The translations under genes were made by a program, and so were the position numbers. Below, piece by piece: positions 1 to 8,547 of a DNA stretch of 18,475 bases. Source of the stretch: Candidatus Bathyarchaeia archaeon (GTDB lineage: Archaea > Thermoproteota > Bathyarchaeia > Bathyarchaeales > Bathycorpusculaceae). The stretch's first letter is position 1. Each line of letters starts with the position of its first letter. The stretch covers positions 1 to 18,475 of the forward strand of contig JAVZLK010000032.1 of the NCBI GenBank assembly GCA_038883795.1, written 5' to 3'. Under the pieces are notes generated by a model. That model was not told where the DNA came from and searched no databases. It worked only from the letters and a program-made list of their open reading frames with translations.

Positions 1-946
1 GAGAAGAGAACCCTAACCTTCCAAGCACGCCAGTTTTGGGAGCATAGATTCCGCGAGAAATTTTAATCGAGGGCGCTTCATACAAGCCGAACTTAACGTT
101 CAAATTAACAGCAGCTAAAAAAAGGAAATAAATGAACGCTACGGAAGCCGATAAAAATAGCGCTGTTTCCAGCCACAAGCCAGTAGCAAAGGCTGAAAGA
201 GTCATACCAGGCCAAAGATAGGGAATGAACCAAAGTATCCTCTGTCCACAAGCAACCGATTCGATAAGGGCTAGAGGTGACACACTGTAGTAAAGGGAAA
301 AATAGATTACATAAAAGACTATAAAAAATAGGATAGTGCCAATAAGCCTCACCCAAACTGCAACTCGTCCAGCAACCTTTGTAACAGCTCCAGAAATTCT
401 AGCCTGCAAAACCTTGAACACTTCAGTAGTTATGCTGGCTAAAAAGAGACTCGCCAACAACGCAAGCACTGTGAAAACAGCTAGAGGCACTAAGCCCAGA
501 AATGAGGAAAGGGTAATTATGCTTGAACAAATAAAAACTGTGATTATGAGAGGTGCGCCTATGATATTAGCCAGTATGGAGGCAAGCGTGTGCTCTTGCC
601 ATGTGATGGGGAACCAGTAAAGAGGTTGAATCGACACTTTGGCTCCGATACGTTGGAATTGGCTCATTTGAGTAAAAACAAGTCCGTAAAGAAGTGCGAT
701 CGTTGGAAGGGTTATGAAAAGACTGGTGGCGCCCTCCAGAACAAGCTGTTTGAACGCTAAGTCAGTTATTCCAGCAAAGAAGTTCCCAATAAACCATCCA
801 ACTAACAAGCCTAAAAGGCACGCGCCTATGTATAAGGCGTATGTGACAGTCTTGTTTTCTCGAAACCTCCTAAACCTTGTTCCCCTAATCATTCGAGAAG
901 CCTTAACGTCTACGCTAACCAGCCTAAGAACATTCTTCCAGTTCAC
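1..946 (-). CDS. ABC transporter permease-like polytopic membrane protein (3' part runs off the window start)
   Basis: Not in the ORF track. GTG at 946 overlaps the ATPase stop (GTGA). The frame is open to base 1: MNWKNVLRLVSVDVKASRMIRG...YALYIGACLLGLLVGWFIG...PLYWFPITWQEHTLASILANIIG..., with many hydrophobic helices. Confidence 0.85.
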   Translation of the reverse strand, partial: MNWKNVLRLVSVDVKASRMIRGTRFRRFRENKTVTYALYIGACLLGLLVGWFIGNFFAGITDLAFKQLVLEGATSLFITLPTIALLYGLVFTQMSQFQRIGAKVSIQPLYWFPITWQEHTLASILANIIGAPLIITVFICSSIITLSSFLGLVPLAVFTVLALLASLFLASITTEVFKVLQARISGAVTKVAGRVAVWVRLIGTILFFIVFYVIYFSLYYSVSPLALIESVACGQRILWFIPYLWPGMTLSAFATGLWLETALFLSASVAFIYFLFLAAVNLNVKFGLYEAPSIKISRGIYAPKTGVLGRLGFSS

Positions 947-1716
947 TTCATTAACGCCTCTACAATAGGCTTAACATCACTTGTTCCAGTAAGCTTAAGG
1001 AATATGTCCTCCAACCCTGATTCAGGCATCTTCGCCTTCTGCCTTAATTCCTTCATAGTGCCTAAAGCCAATAATCTTCCCTCATACATTATGCCTATTC
1101 TATCGCACATGGCTTGAGCGATTTCCAAAATATGCGTGGACATGATTGTTGTTACGCCTTGCGAAGCCAACTCACGTAACAAATCCTTAATGATTCTCGC
1201 GGACTTTGGATCCAAACCGCTTAAAGGCTCATCCAAAAGTAGAAGCTCAGGCTTATGCATTAAAGCGTGTATAATGACAACCTTCTGTTTCATCCCCTCA
1301 GAATAAGAACTTATTGTGTCGCCTTCTCTTCCTTCCAAATCCAGAGCCCTAACAAACTCTTCAATTCGCTTTTTCTTCTCATCCGGAGCCATACCATAAA
1401 CATCACCCGTAAAATCAAGAAACTCAAGACCCGTTAGAAACTCATAAACACGAGGAGATTCAGGCACATACCCTATTTTCCTCTTAACTGCAACTGGATC
1501 ATCCTCAACATTAATACCTAAAACGTTCACAGAACCAGAACCAGGCTTAACCAATCCCAAAATCATTTTAAGCGTTGTCGACTTTCCAGAACCATTTGGA
1601 CCAAGAAGCCCAAAAATTTCACCTCTTTTCACCTCCAGATCAAGATAATCTACAGCTGTCACATCGCCATAACGCTTAGAAACGCTAGATAACTTAACAG
1701 CAAATGAAAGAGTCAT
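943..1716 (-). CDS. ABC transporter ATP-binding protein (ABC-2/CcmA-like exporter)
   Basis: Walker A GPNGSGKST, signature variant YSEGMKQK, Walker B LLLLDEP, H-loop STH. Confidence 0.95.
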   Translation of the reverse strand: MTLSFAVKLSSVSKRYGDVTAVDYLDLEVKRGEIFGLLGPNGSGKSTTLKMILGLVKPGSGSVNVLGINVEDDPVAVKRKIGYVPESPRVYEFLTGLEFLDFTGDVYGMAPDEKKKRIEEFVRALDLEGREGDTISSYSEGMKQKVVIIHALMHKPELLLLDEPLSGLDPKSARIIKDLLRELASQGVTTIMSTHILEIAQAMCDRIGIMYEGRLLALGTMKELRQKAKMPESGLEDIFLKLTGTSDVKPIVEALMK

Positions 1717-1751
1717 AGATTTATCACCCTAATTTAAACAAAATAATCTTT

Positions 1752-2307
1752 TTAAAATAAAACTTTAGCGGGAAAGTGATAAGGATTAAACAGATATGTA
1801 AACGTCTGAGAATTTGACATCACATTTCTCGCGGGAATGAAAATATAAAGCATCGGTTGATATCCAACCGCCTTTTGTTTATGTTTCAACTCGGCCTCTA
1901 CGAAACACCCGTTTTCTAACTTTTTACGAATAATTGGAACATGTCTCATGATTATCTCAAATTCTTCCAGAAATTTCTTATCAGTCTCTTCCTTTTTTAT
2001 TTCAAACTCTTGATCGAATAAAGGAGTGCCTTTTGCATATTCCCTTAACTTTTCTAATTCTTCTTTTGTAAAAAGTTTGTGATCGTATCCTAACTTTAAC
2101 ATCTTTCCAGCTTCTATTAAAGCCCCATTCTTTTTGTAAGATATTTGCCACTCCAATAAGTCGTCACCTTCAATGGCGACTTGACGAGCAGCAACGGGCT
2201 CATCTTTTCTCTTTATTCTAACCTTGCTTGTTGGAAGAGTAATTGGTAGGTAGCAAACTATTTTTTGGTTCTTCCAATCAACTTCCGACTCAACCGATGC
2301 GTATCAC
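1752..2307 (-). pseudogene. R.PabI-family (HALFPIPE) restriction DNA glycosylase; start out of frame and C-terminus lost
   Basis: The frame of ORF 1752..2156 extends upstream to 2303: SVESEVDWKNQKIVCYLPITLPTSKVRIKR...LLEWQISY...LKHKQKAVGYQPMLYIFIP. These match PabI motifs as I recall them (LPITRPTSKIRVK, EWQISY, LKHKQRAVGYQSMVYVCIP). There is an in-frame TGA at 2306-2304, and the nearby GTG (2307) and ATG (2311) are in other frames. Similarity stops after IPARNV. Confidence 0.85.
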
Positions 2308-2362
2308 TCATTTTAAAACCTATAACAATTCCGCCAGTGGATACTTCAGCGTTCTCAAGACT

Positions 2363-2377
2363 TATATAAATTTTGCG
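2363..2377 (-). promoter_or_regulatory. Putative archaeal BRE/TATA promoter of the PabI-like gene
   Basis: The minus strand reads CGCAAAA-TTTATATA, about 55 nt upstream of the presumed start. Confidence 0.5.
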
Positions 2378-3011
2378 TGTGCTGGATTAAGTTAGAATAT
2401 TCATAAAAAGCAAGTAGTGTTAATTCGACTTTTCTTTCTTTAGAGAAAAGGCGTAGCATACATAAAGGGTTTATATAAAGGTCAAAACTTGAAATGAATT
2501 TAGACATCCTTTAAGTTCCGACTTACATTAAACCGTTAAAGCTAACCCATATAATGCGTAAGGCTAACGTGAACTGTAGCGTATTGAAAAATGCTTAGCT
2601 TTTTTAAACAAACCAGAATTCTATTGAAGAGAGACCAGCAGACAAAAAAGAGTTGCTTATGCAATAACTAAGATAGGTCCTATAACTAAATACTTAAAAG
2701 AACTAAATCAAGTGCCGCCCATATGAGACTCATGCAGTTTTTTGTATTTCCTAACTTTCTTGCAAACGGGACAGTAAAAATAGGCTGATTTTTCTTGCAG
2801 AATGCGACCGCATTTCCAGCACTTCAATTACTATAACTCCAAACGTTAGCCCTTAATAGTAAGTCCTGAGTTTTACTTAGAAGCGCATTGACTGCATAAA
2901 GCCAGTGCAACTTTTCCACTCCATTGAGATTGTGGCTCCCGAAAAAGTAGCCTAATATGTTCTTCGAGAGCAGGAATCGACTGCGTGCGCGGTTGTTGGG
3001 AGGCGAGTGGA

Positions 3012-3273
3012 GTGAGGTTTCAGCTTGTCGCTCGGATAACGCGCGCGCGATGTTGAGCTTCTGCGGAAGAGCATACACGAGCTTGGCACAGTTTTCTATC
3101 AAACAGACGATAAAGACAATGTTGTCTTGGTCATTTACTTCAGCGGAAGCAGGATTGTGCGCTACAACGGGAGCGTGGATGAATAGCTTTCCAAGTTTGT
3201 TAGGGCTATGGGCTACAAGGTCAGCTCCATTGAAGTCGATGAGGTTCAAGGCTACGTGAAAATTGTCCAGTGA
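3012..3273 (+). pseudogene. Degenerate small hypothetical protein (frameshift plus internal stop)
   Basis: GGAGG precedes GTG 3012 (MRFQLVARITRA). After a frameshift at a (CG)n run (3040-3049) the reading continues DVELLRKSIHELGTVFYQTDDKDNVVLVIYFSGSRIVRYNGSVDE*LSKFVRAMGYKVSSIEVDEVQGYVKIVQ*, with TAG at 3184 and TGA at 3271. GTGA overlaps occur at both ends. Confidence 0.55.
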
Positions 3274-3711
3274 AAAGCCTTGAGGTCAAGTTGCCTGCTC
3301 ATCGCTGTTCCGCTTGATGAAAAAGCAGGTGACAGCCCAAGCCCGATTGACCTTGCCAAAACCGTTGATGTGCAATTGCGAGCAATTTTCTCAGCCGTTC
3401 GCAAAGACAACTTTTTCCAAATGAAGACTTTGTTGTTGCATCGCAAAATAGGGTCCGAGCCTTGGCCTGTTCCAAACCCAACCCAGCTGATTCCTGCGGT
3501 GCATAAGGGTAGTGGCGTTGGTGTTTTCCTCGATTTTAAATTGTTAACTCAGCTTGACAAGGACATGAACCGTGCGGTTTGGAGTCCCGAAGCATGGCAG
3601 CTTGAAGCTGCCTTGGAAGTAATCAGGTGGAGCCAGAAGGCAACGCATGATCTTTTGGGCAGACCCTTCGGCGGAAAAATGCCCTATGCAGAATTAGCAG
3701 ACTTCATGTGA
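3270..3711 (+). pseudogene. Hypothetical protein, probably a degenerate member of the same decayed operon
   Basis: A 143-aa protein-like frame (3280..3711). The GTGA-coupled start at 3270 is out of frame with it. No family recognised. Confidence 0.4.
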
Positions 3712-3754
3712 GGCTTTAAGATGGAGTGTATGCTTTGTTTTCCGTTTACGCTCG

Positions 3755-4381
3755 CGCGGCGACGAATTATGCGGAGTCATAGTCTACTGCTATCCGCCAC
3801 CCACATGCTTCGGAAGAAGACTTGTTCTGCCAAAGATGTCTATGAAGGAGCTGAACGAGAAGCTAAGCATAATAAGCCGAGTAGTCGTGCACCCAAAATA
3901 TCGAACAATAGGCTTAGGCACCAAACTTGTTAAAGAAACACTACCCTTAGTTGGAACGCCTTACGTGGAAATGCCAGCGGTCATGGCAAAATACAATCCT
4001 TTCGCAGAAAAAGCAGGAATTCAAAAGATAATCGAACAACCACCACCAAAAGAAGCCTTAAAAATAGCAGAAATCCTGCAAAAACACGGGTTCAATGTTC
4101 AATTACTTAGCAGCGAAAAATACGTCTTGAACAAGCTGAAAACCCTCGATAACAGACAAATAGCAACCATAAAAAAAGCATTCATCACACACAGCCACGC
4201 ACGCTTCATGAAAAACTTCTTCCCTCACCAACCCTTCGGAGACAAGAAAACCTACACTAAAGAGTTATCAGAAGCAAGTGCTGGAAGACTTGCACACTTA
4301 ATCAAAGTCTGCAGCTATCTGCTGCAAACCAAGGTATATCTTTTCTGGCAGGCTGGCTACTTTAATCTTGACCGATTTTAG
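3755..4381 (+). pseudogene. 5'-truncated GNAT acetyltransferase half of a COG2401-type (ABC ATPase-GNAT fusion) gene
   Basis: The frame of ORF 3836..4381 extends upstream as RGDELCGVIVYCYPPPTCFGRR, followed by ISRVVVHPKYRTIGLG (acetyl-CoA-binding motif A) and AVMAKYNPFAEKAG. An in-frame TAG lies at 3695 and no ATPase domain is present upstream. Confidence 0.7.
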
Positions 4382-4570
4382 CATTCTTGGAAGTATTTCG
4401 ATTGCCGATATTCTTACAGAAGAATATCGAATTATCCACTCTATCTGGGAACTTGTTAACAGCTCTTCTTCATTCCCAAAGCGTTCATGCAAAAAATAAA
4501 TAGAAGTTCATATAAAAAATTGTAGAGAGAGGCGAGTAAAACTGCTTATGCTATATTTGAGGTGAAACAA

Positions 4571-5398
4571 GTGGCTGTGTCTGATACGGAATTGTTAGAT
4601 TGCGTAAACTCCTTTGAACAGCTTGAGAGACCATCTAAAATAATAGAAAAGTGCAGAAAAGCAGTTCAAAAAGGACTTGACCCTGTTTCTAAAGCTATTG
4701 TTTATGGTCTTTTGATGAGCACATACGCCAAGGAAGAGGATTTGGAAAAAACTCATCAGGCGTTGCTTAGTGCGAGAGAGGCTTTGGGAGAAGCTATCGG
4801 CTTAACAGGAGATGAGTTAAAGACGTTTGTTTCTAACGCACGCTTAGAAGATCGAATTTTTCGCGCTATTGATGATAAAATCGATCCAAGAGAGAAATTA
4901 GCCGAAAACTCAATGTTAAGAGATATTATGCTTTGCCCACTTTATCCTTTGAGATCTGATGATTTTCGGGAGGATTTAACAGAAAATGAAAAGATAGAGG
5001 CAACACTTAGATGGTGCAGTGATTTTCCAGGCGTTATACTATATCTCTTACTGGGGGACCTCTGGGCTCCCTACAATATAGACTATGCGATAAAGTGCTT
5101 TAAAATATTAAAAAAACATGAGGCTGATGGCCGCCCACCTCAAACAATACCCACAATTGCAGAACTTGCGGCTGGATATAAATTAGGCAAGTTATATAAG
5201 ACTAAAGGCGATCTTGCTTCTGCAAAAAAGGAGTTCGAGGATGTTATATCCGCCCGCTCACATACTGAATGGCATAACCAGTCAGATGAGGAAAGACAAT
5301 TGGCAGAGCACTGGATTTTGAAAGCAGAAGAGGATCTCGCTGATGCCGAGCGACGGTTGCCTAAACGTGGACTATTCGGTCGCCTCCTGAAATTTTAG
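4571..5398 (+). CDS. TPR-like alpha-helical protein with a C-terminal amphipathic tail
   Basis: TPR-like segments (LYLLLGDLW...AIKCFK; AGYKLGKLYKTKGDLASAKKEFEDVI) and the ending PKRGLFGRLLKF. GAGGTGA at 4559-4565 looks like the RBS, so GTG 4571 is preferred over 4562. Confidence 0.75.
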   Translation: MAVSDTELLDCVNSFEQLERPSKIIEKCRKAVQKGLDPVSKAIVYGLLMSTYAKEEDLEKTHQALLSAREALGEAIGLTGDELKTFVSNARLEDRIFRAIDDKIDPREKLAENSMLRDIMLCPLYPLRSDDFREDLTENEKIEATLRWCSDFPGVILYLLLGDLWAPYNIDYAIKCFKILKKHEADGRPPQTIPTIAELAAGYKLGKLYKTKGDLASAKKEFEDVISARSHTEWHNQSDEERQLAEHWILKAEEDLADAERRLPKRGLFGRLLKF

Positions 5399-5432
5399 AC
5401 GAAAAAGCAAGTTTTATGGTAGATGTGAAGTA

Positions 5433-5591
5433 ATGGCAAAACGAATATGTGATGTCTGTGGCAAAGAGAAAGATGTGAAGGGAGGAAAAGTGTGTGCTAA
5501 TGGGCATTTTGTATGCTCAGATTGTGTTTATGGCGGGTTTTTCGGACCGACACGGACAACATGTCCTTTATGTGGTAAACCTCTAAGATAG
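5433..5591 (+). CDS. Stand-alone 52-aa C3HC4 (RING-HC) zinc-finger protein
   Basis: Below the ORF-track cutoff. MAKRICDVCGKEKDVKGGKVCANGHFVCSDCVYGGFFGPTRTTCPLCGKPLR* gives C6-x2-C9-x11-C21-x3-H25-x2-C28-x2-C31-x12-C44-x2-C47. It starts 34 nt after the TPR gene on the same strand. Confidence 0.85.
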   Translation: MAKRICDVCGKEKDVKGGKVCANGHFVCSDCVYGGFFGPTRTTCPLCGKPLR

Positions 5592-5733
5592 AGTATATTC
5601 CTATCAAGAACATTCAAATTCCTCTTCAAAGTCCCACGAAGCTTCAAAAGAACAAAAAGAATGGATTTGCGGGTGATTTCTCCCTGCGGTGATTGTTGTA
5701 AAATATCTACTTTTTTAACTGTAAAAGGAAGTT

Positions 5734-6759
5734 TTAAGAAAGGTATTTTTTAATGAAATTGGCTACATCTATGGTTTCTATTCTGGAACCGCAATGGCTA
5801 CAGTATTGAATAGCTTCAGCTGTGGTTTCCCCGCTAATACGCACTGGTGCCCCGCAATGAGAGCAGTGATAGGTGATAGTGAAACCCCTTTCGCCCAATT
5901 GCCGAATTAAAGCATTTAAATCAAGCACAACGACCTCTCTTTTCTTACGCCTCATCTCCCCCGCCTTTTCCGGCATACCCAACTCTTCATAAATCCGCGC
6001 AGCCTCTTCGTAGCGCCCAACCTTTTCAAGATACTCCAAGTGGGGTTTAAGTCTCTTAAAATGTCGCATATACGCCTGTTGTAAAAGCTCTTCTCGCTTA
6101 AGTTTCACTCTGCTATATAGATCAGGATCATAAAATTTTGCGGAAAAAACATTATTGTCAACGTCCCAACCCACAGCCCAAACCTCTCCCGAACCTTCAC
6201 TCCCAATTCCGAAAATATTAGGCCAATCTGAATTACCCCACAAATTCTCGTAATCAGCCTTATACTCATTACCATAGCGGGATTCAACCGTATCCGTCCT
6301 TATACTTATGGCCCTTGGCTCACCAAAGTATGATTCCCACTCATCTATATCTGGCATATAGCCTCGGTATATCTCTTTCACATTATTGACATCAGCTACG
6401 AAAATGTTTGGAAAGAAAATTGCTATATGCCTTTCTCTCTCTTCTTTAATAACTTTCACTTTAGGCTGAGCCGCAAACGGTAAGCTTACCCAAAACACAA
6501 GAACAGCTAAAAGTGCAAGAGCGACGAATGCATATCGCCATGTTTCTGTAATGTAAGATGCAATAAAAGGTCCAATAAAAGGTCCAAGAGCGATTATAAC
6601 CACTAGGAACAATAAACTGGCCAACGCAATATACTTGGGGTAGTTCTCCTTTCGACGCACTTCTTCGATATATTTATGCTTTACTATAACTTCCGTGCCT
6701 TCTTCAGACCCTCTCTTCGCTCCGCTTCTAACTTGAATTGGAATATAACTATCTTCCAT
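5734..6759 (-). CDS. Membrane protein with two TM helices, a TPR-like helix pair and a C-terminal zinc ribbon
   Basis: Two hydrophobic stretches (~aa 43-70 and 76-96), GRYEEAARIYEELGMPEKAGEMRR, and CSHCGAP...YCSHCGS. GGAGG RBS upstream. Confidence 0.85.
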   Translation of the reverse strand: MEDSYIPIQVRSGAKRGSEEGTEVIVKHKYIEEVRRKENYPKYIALASLLFLVVIIALGPFIGPFIASYITETWRYAFVALALLAVLVFWVSLPFAAQPKVKVIKEERERHIAIFFPNIFVADVNNVKEIYRGYMPDIDEWESYFGEPRAISIRTDTVESRYGNEYKADYENLWGNSDWPNIFGIGSEGSGEVWAVGWDVDNNVFSAKFYDPDLYSRVKLKREELLQQAYMRHFKRLKPHLEYLEKVGRYEEAARIYEELGMPEKAGEMRRKKREVVVLDLNALIRQLGERGFTITYHCSHCGAPVRISGETTAEAIQYCSHCGSRIETIDVANFIKKYLS

Positions 6760-6791
6760 CCCAGATTCTCCTCCTTCTAAAAAACTTCAAA

Positions 6792-7178
6792 TTAGACAAT
6801 AGTTTTTCCCAAGTTAGGTTTTTTAGATTTTTTCAAGGAAGCTAATTCTCTTTCTTCCTCCGCTGTCAACCCTTCTTTCTTTTTCTTGCATTCCAGTTCG
6901 GCAACTCTCTCCTGCTTGATCTCCTTAACCATCAATCTTATTGCCTCAACATCGTTCATTTCATCAAAAGTCTTGCCGTATTTTTTGATTTGCCTTATTT
7001 TTTCTCTGGTTAATACAATAACATGTTGTATCCCTTTACTTGCCTCATTTTTGGGAATAAGCAGGGTTGCGTTACAGTAAGGGCACTTGACATACGAAAC
7101 ATCTTTAGTTATCTCTTCGGTTACATAAGCACCACAACGTGGACATCTGATAGCATGTGCTTCTCGCATAATCTTCAC
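6792..7178 (-). CDS. Zinc-ribbon protein with a charged helical C-terminus
   Basis: CPRCGA...CPYCNA. Co-oriented with, and 32 nt upstream of, the membrane zinc-ribbon gene. Confidence 0.8.
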   Translation of the reverse strand: MKIMREAHAIRCPRCGAYVTEEITKDVSYVKCPYCNATLLIPKNEASKGIQHVIVLTREKIRQIKKYGKTFDEMNDVEAIRLMVKEIKQERVAELECKKKKEGLTAEEERELASLKKSKKPNLGKTIV

Positions 7179-7273
7179 TTATCCTTTCGATTTTTGACAC
7201 TATATTATCTGAGCAATAAATTCTAATATTCTTTTACATTAATTAATAAGCATACCACTAGAGTTCTGGCTTT

Positions 7274-7288
7274 ATGAAAGGCGTTTTC
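7274..7288 (+). repeat. IS110 left sub-terminal inverted repeat ATGAAAGGCGTTTTC
   Basis: Exact reverse complement of 8530-8544; lies 5 nt inside the left core. Confidence 0.9.
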
Positions 7289-7290
7289 TG

Positions 7291-7430
7291 ATTAGTGCTT
7301 AGGCTGGCCGGTCTGGCGACTAACTGGTCTTTACGACCGGCGTTCTGACTGGACCGTGCCTTGAGCTGCTAAAGAAAAGGGCTTTGCGCCCGGATGAGTG
7401 TTTGCAGCCTGAAGCCAGCCGAAATGAAGT
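7291..7430 (+). ncRNA. Candidate bridge/seek RNA in the IS110 5' non-coding end (boundaries approximate)
   Basis: Stem GCCGGTC(7307-7313)/GACCGGC(7335-7341) encloses GCGACTAAC, the reverse complement of target GTTAGTCGC. GTTCTG (7342-7347) equals the left target. ATGAGTG (7394-7400) and AAGCCA (7412-7417) match the two halves of the circle junction. Confidence 0.6.
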
Positions 7431-7450
7431 GAAAGGGGGTGAAGTGGGTA

Positions 7451-8497
7451 ATGAGGTATGTAGGTGTGGATATCAGCAAGAGGAAGTGTATGGTTGCGGT
7501 TGTTGATGGGGATGGCGTTTTGGTTGATGAGTTCAGCTTTGCTAATGATGTTGAAGGCATAAAACGGTTTGTTTCTAGGCTTTCAGAAGGCGATTCAGTA
7601 GTTATGGAGTCTACTGGCAATTTGTGGTTTAACTTGTTTGAGGCTGTTGAGGCTAATGGCGTTAGGGCAGTTTTGGCTAATCCTTTGAAGATGAAGGCTA
7701 TTGCTTCTGCTAAAATTAAGAATGATAGGGTTGATGCTAAGGTTTTAGCCTTTCTATTGCGCGGTGGGCTTGTGGCTGAATGTTATGTTCCGCCCAAAGA
7801 AGTTAGGGAGCTTAGGGCTTTGGTTAGGCATAGGGTTCAGCTTGTTAGGGCTGTTGGCATGGTGAAGAACCGAGTTCACAGTTTGCTTGACAGGCATGGG
7901 TTTAGGCATAACTTTTCAGATGTTTTCGGCCGGGCTGGGTTGGAGTGGCTTAGACGTTTGGAGGTTAAGCCTTTGGATAGGCTTCTATTGGAAAGCTACA
8001 TTGAACAAATTGAATGTCTTGAAAGGTTGATAAGGAGGGTTGATGCTGAAATCGAAGGAAAAGCTGCCATAGATGGGGATGTTAGGCTACTGCTTAGCTT
8101 GACTGGCGTTGGCGTTTGTTCGGCTTTGCTTATTAAGAGCGAGATCGGCGATATCAAGCGTTTTCCAAACTATAAGAAGCTTGTCAGCTGGGCTGGTTTG
8201 GCTCCTTCTCTTTACCAGTCTGGGAATACTATGCGTTATGGGCGTATTACGAAGCAGGGTTCTAAGCTGCTTAGGTGGGTTATGGTTGAATGCGCCAGAG
8301 TTGCTGTCCGCTATGATGTTAGGCTTGGCGAGTTTTATAGGCGGGTTAGGCGTAGGCGTGGTGAGCAGAAGGCTTTGGTTGCTGTTGCTTGTAAGATGTT
8401 GAAGATCATATGGTTTATGTTGACTCGTAGGGAGCCTTACCATTCCATGAATGAACGTTTATACGGCGATAAGCTTTATAGGCTTTTGAGGCATTAG
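7451..8497 (+). CDS. IS110-family transposase/recombinase
   Basis: RuvC-like DEDD residues (YVGVDIS, VVMESTG, KNDRVDA) and a C-terminal domain with GVG, WAGLAPSLYQSG and ITKQGSKLLR. GGGGGTGA at 7435-7442 favours ATG 7451 as the start. Confidence 0.97.
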   Translation: MRYVGVDISKRKCMVAVVDGDGVLVDEFSFANDVEGIKRFVSRLSEGDSVVMESTGNLWFNLFEAVEANGVRAVLANPLKMKAIASAKIKNDRVDAKVLAFLLRGGLVAECYVPPKEVRELRALVRHRVQLVRAVGMVKNRVHSLLDRHGFRHNFSDVFGRAGLEWLRRLEVKPLDRLLLESYIEQIECLERLIRRVDAEIEGKAAIDGDVRLLLSLTGVGVCSALLIKSEIGDIKRFPNYKKLVSWAGLAPSLYQSGNTMRYGRITKQGSKLLRWVMVECARVAVRYDVRLGEFYRRVRRRRGEQKALVAVACKMLKIIWFMLTRREPYHSMNERLYGDKLYRLLRH

Positions 8498-8529
8498 TTT
8501 AACTGCTGGCTTTGGGTTCGGGTCTGGCG

Positions 8530-8544
8530 GAAAACGCCTTTCAT
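8530..8544 (-). repeat. IS110 right sub-terminal inverted repeat GAAAACGCCTTTCAT
   Basis: Exact reverse complement of 7274-7288; lies 3 nt inside the right core. Confidence 0.9.
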
Positions 8545-8547
8545 GAG

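Noticed and set aside
105-968. ORF-track entries 105..356, 336..620 and 714..968
   Set aside because: Shadows of the minus-strand permease that starts at 946.
2312-2880. Possible methyltransferase remnant or ncRNA, including the palindromic TATA-like TTTATATAAA at 2470-2479
   Set aside because: I found no methyltransferase motif, convincing ORF or stable structure; the AT-rich background makes such boxes common.
3184-3186. In-frame TAG read as pyrrolysine or recoding
   Set aside because: The same gene also has a frameshift and its neighbours are decayed, so a nonsense mutation is simpler.
2824-3481. ORF-track entries 2824..3249, 2957..3259, 3252..3446 and 3299..3481
   Set aside because: Not protein-like; better explained as shadows of the broken plus-strand genes at 3012-3273 and 3270-3711.
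4298-4492. 64-aa minus-strand ORF overlapping the GNAT end
   Set aside because: No recognisable motif or RBS; it could be a gene remnant but I cannot support that.
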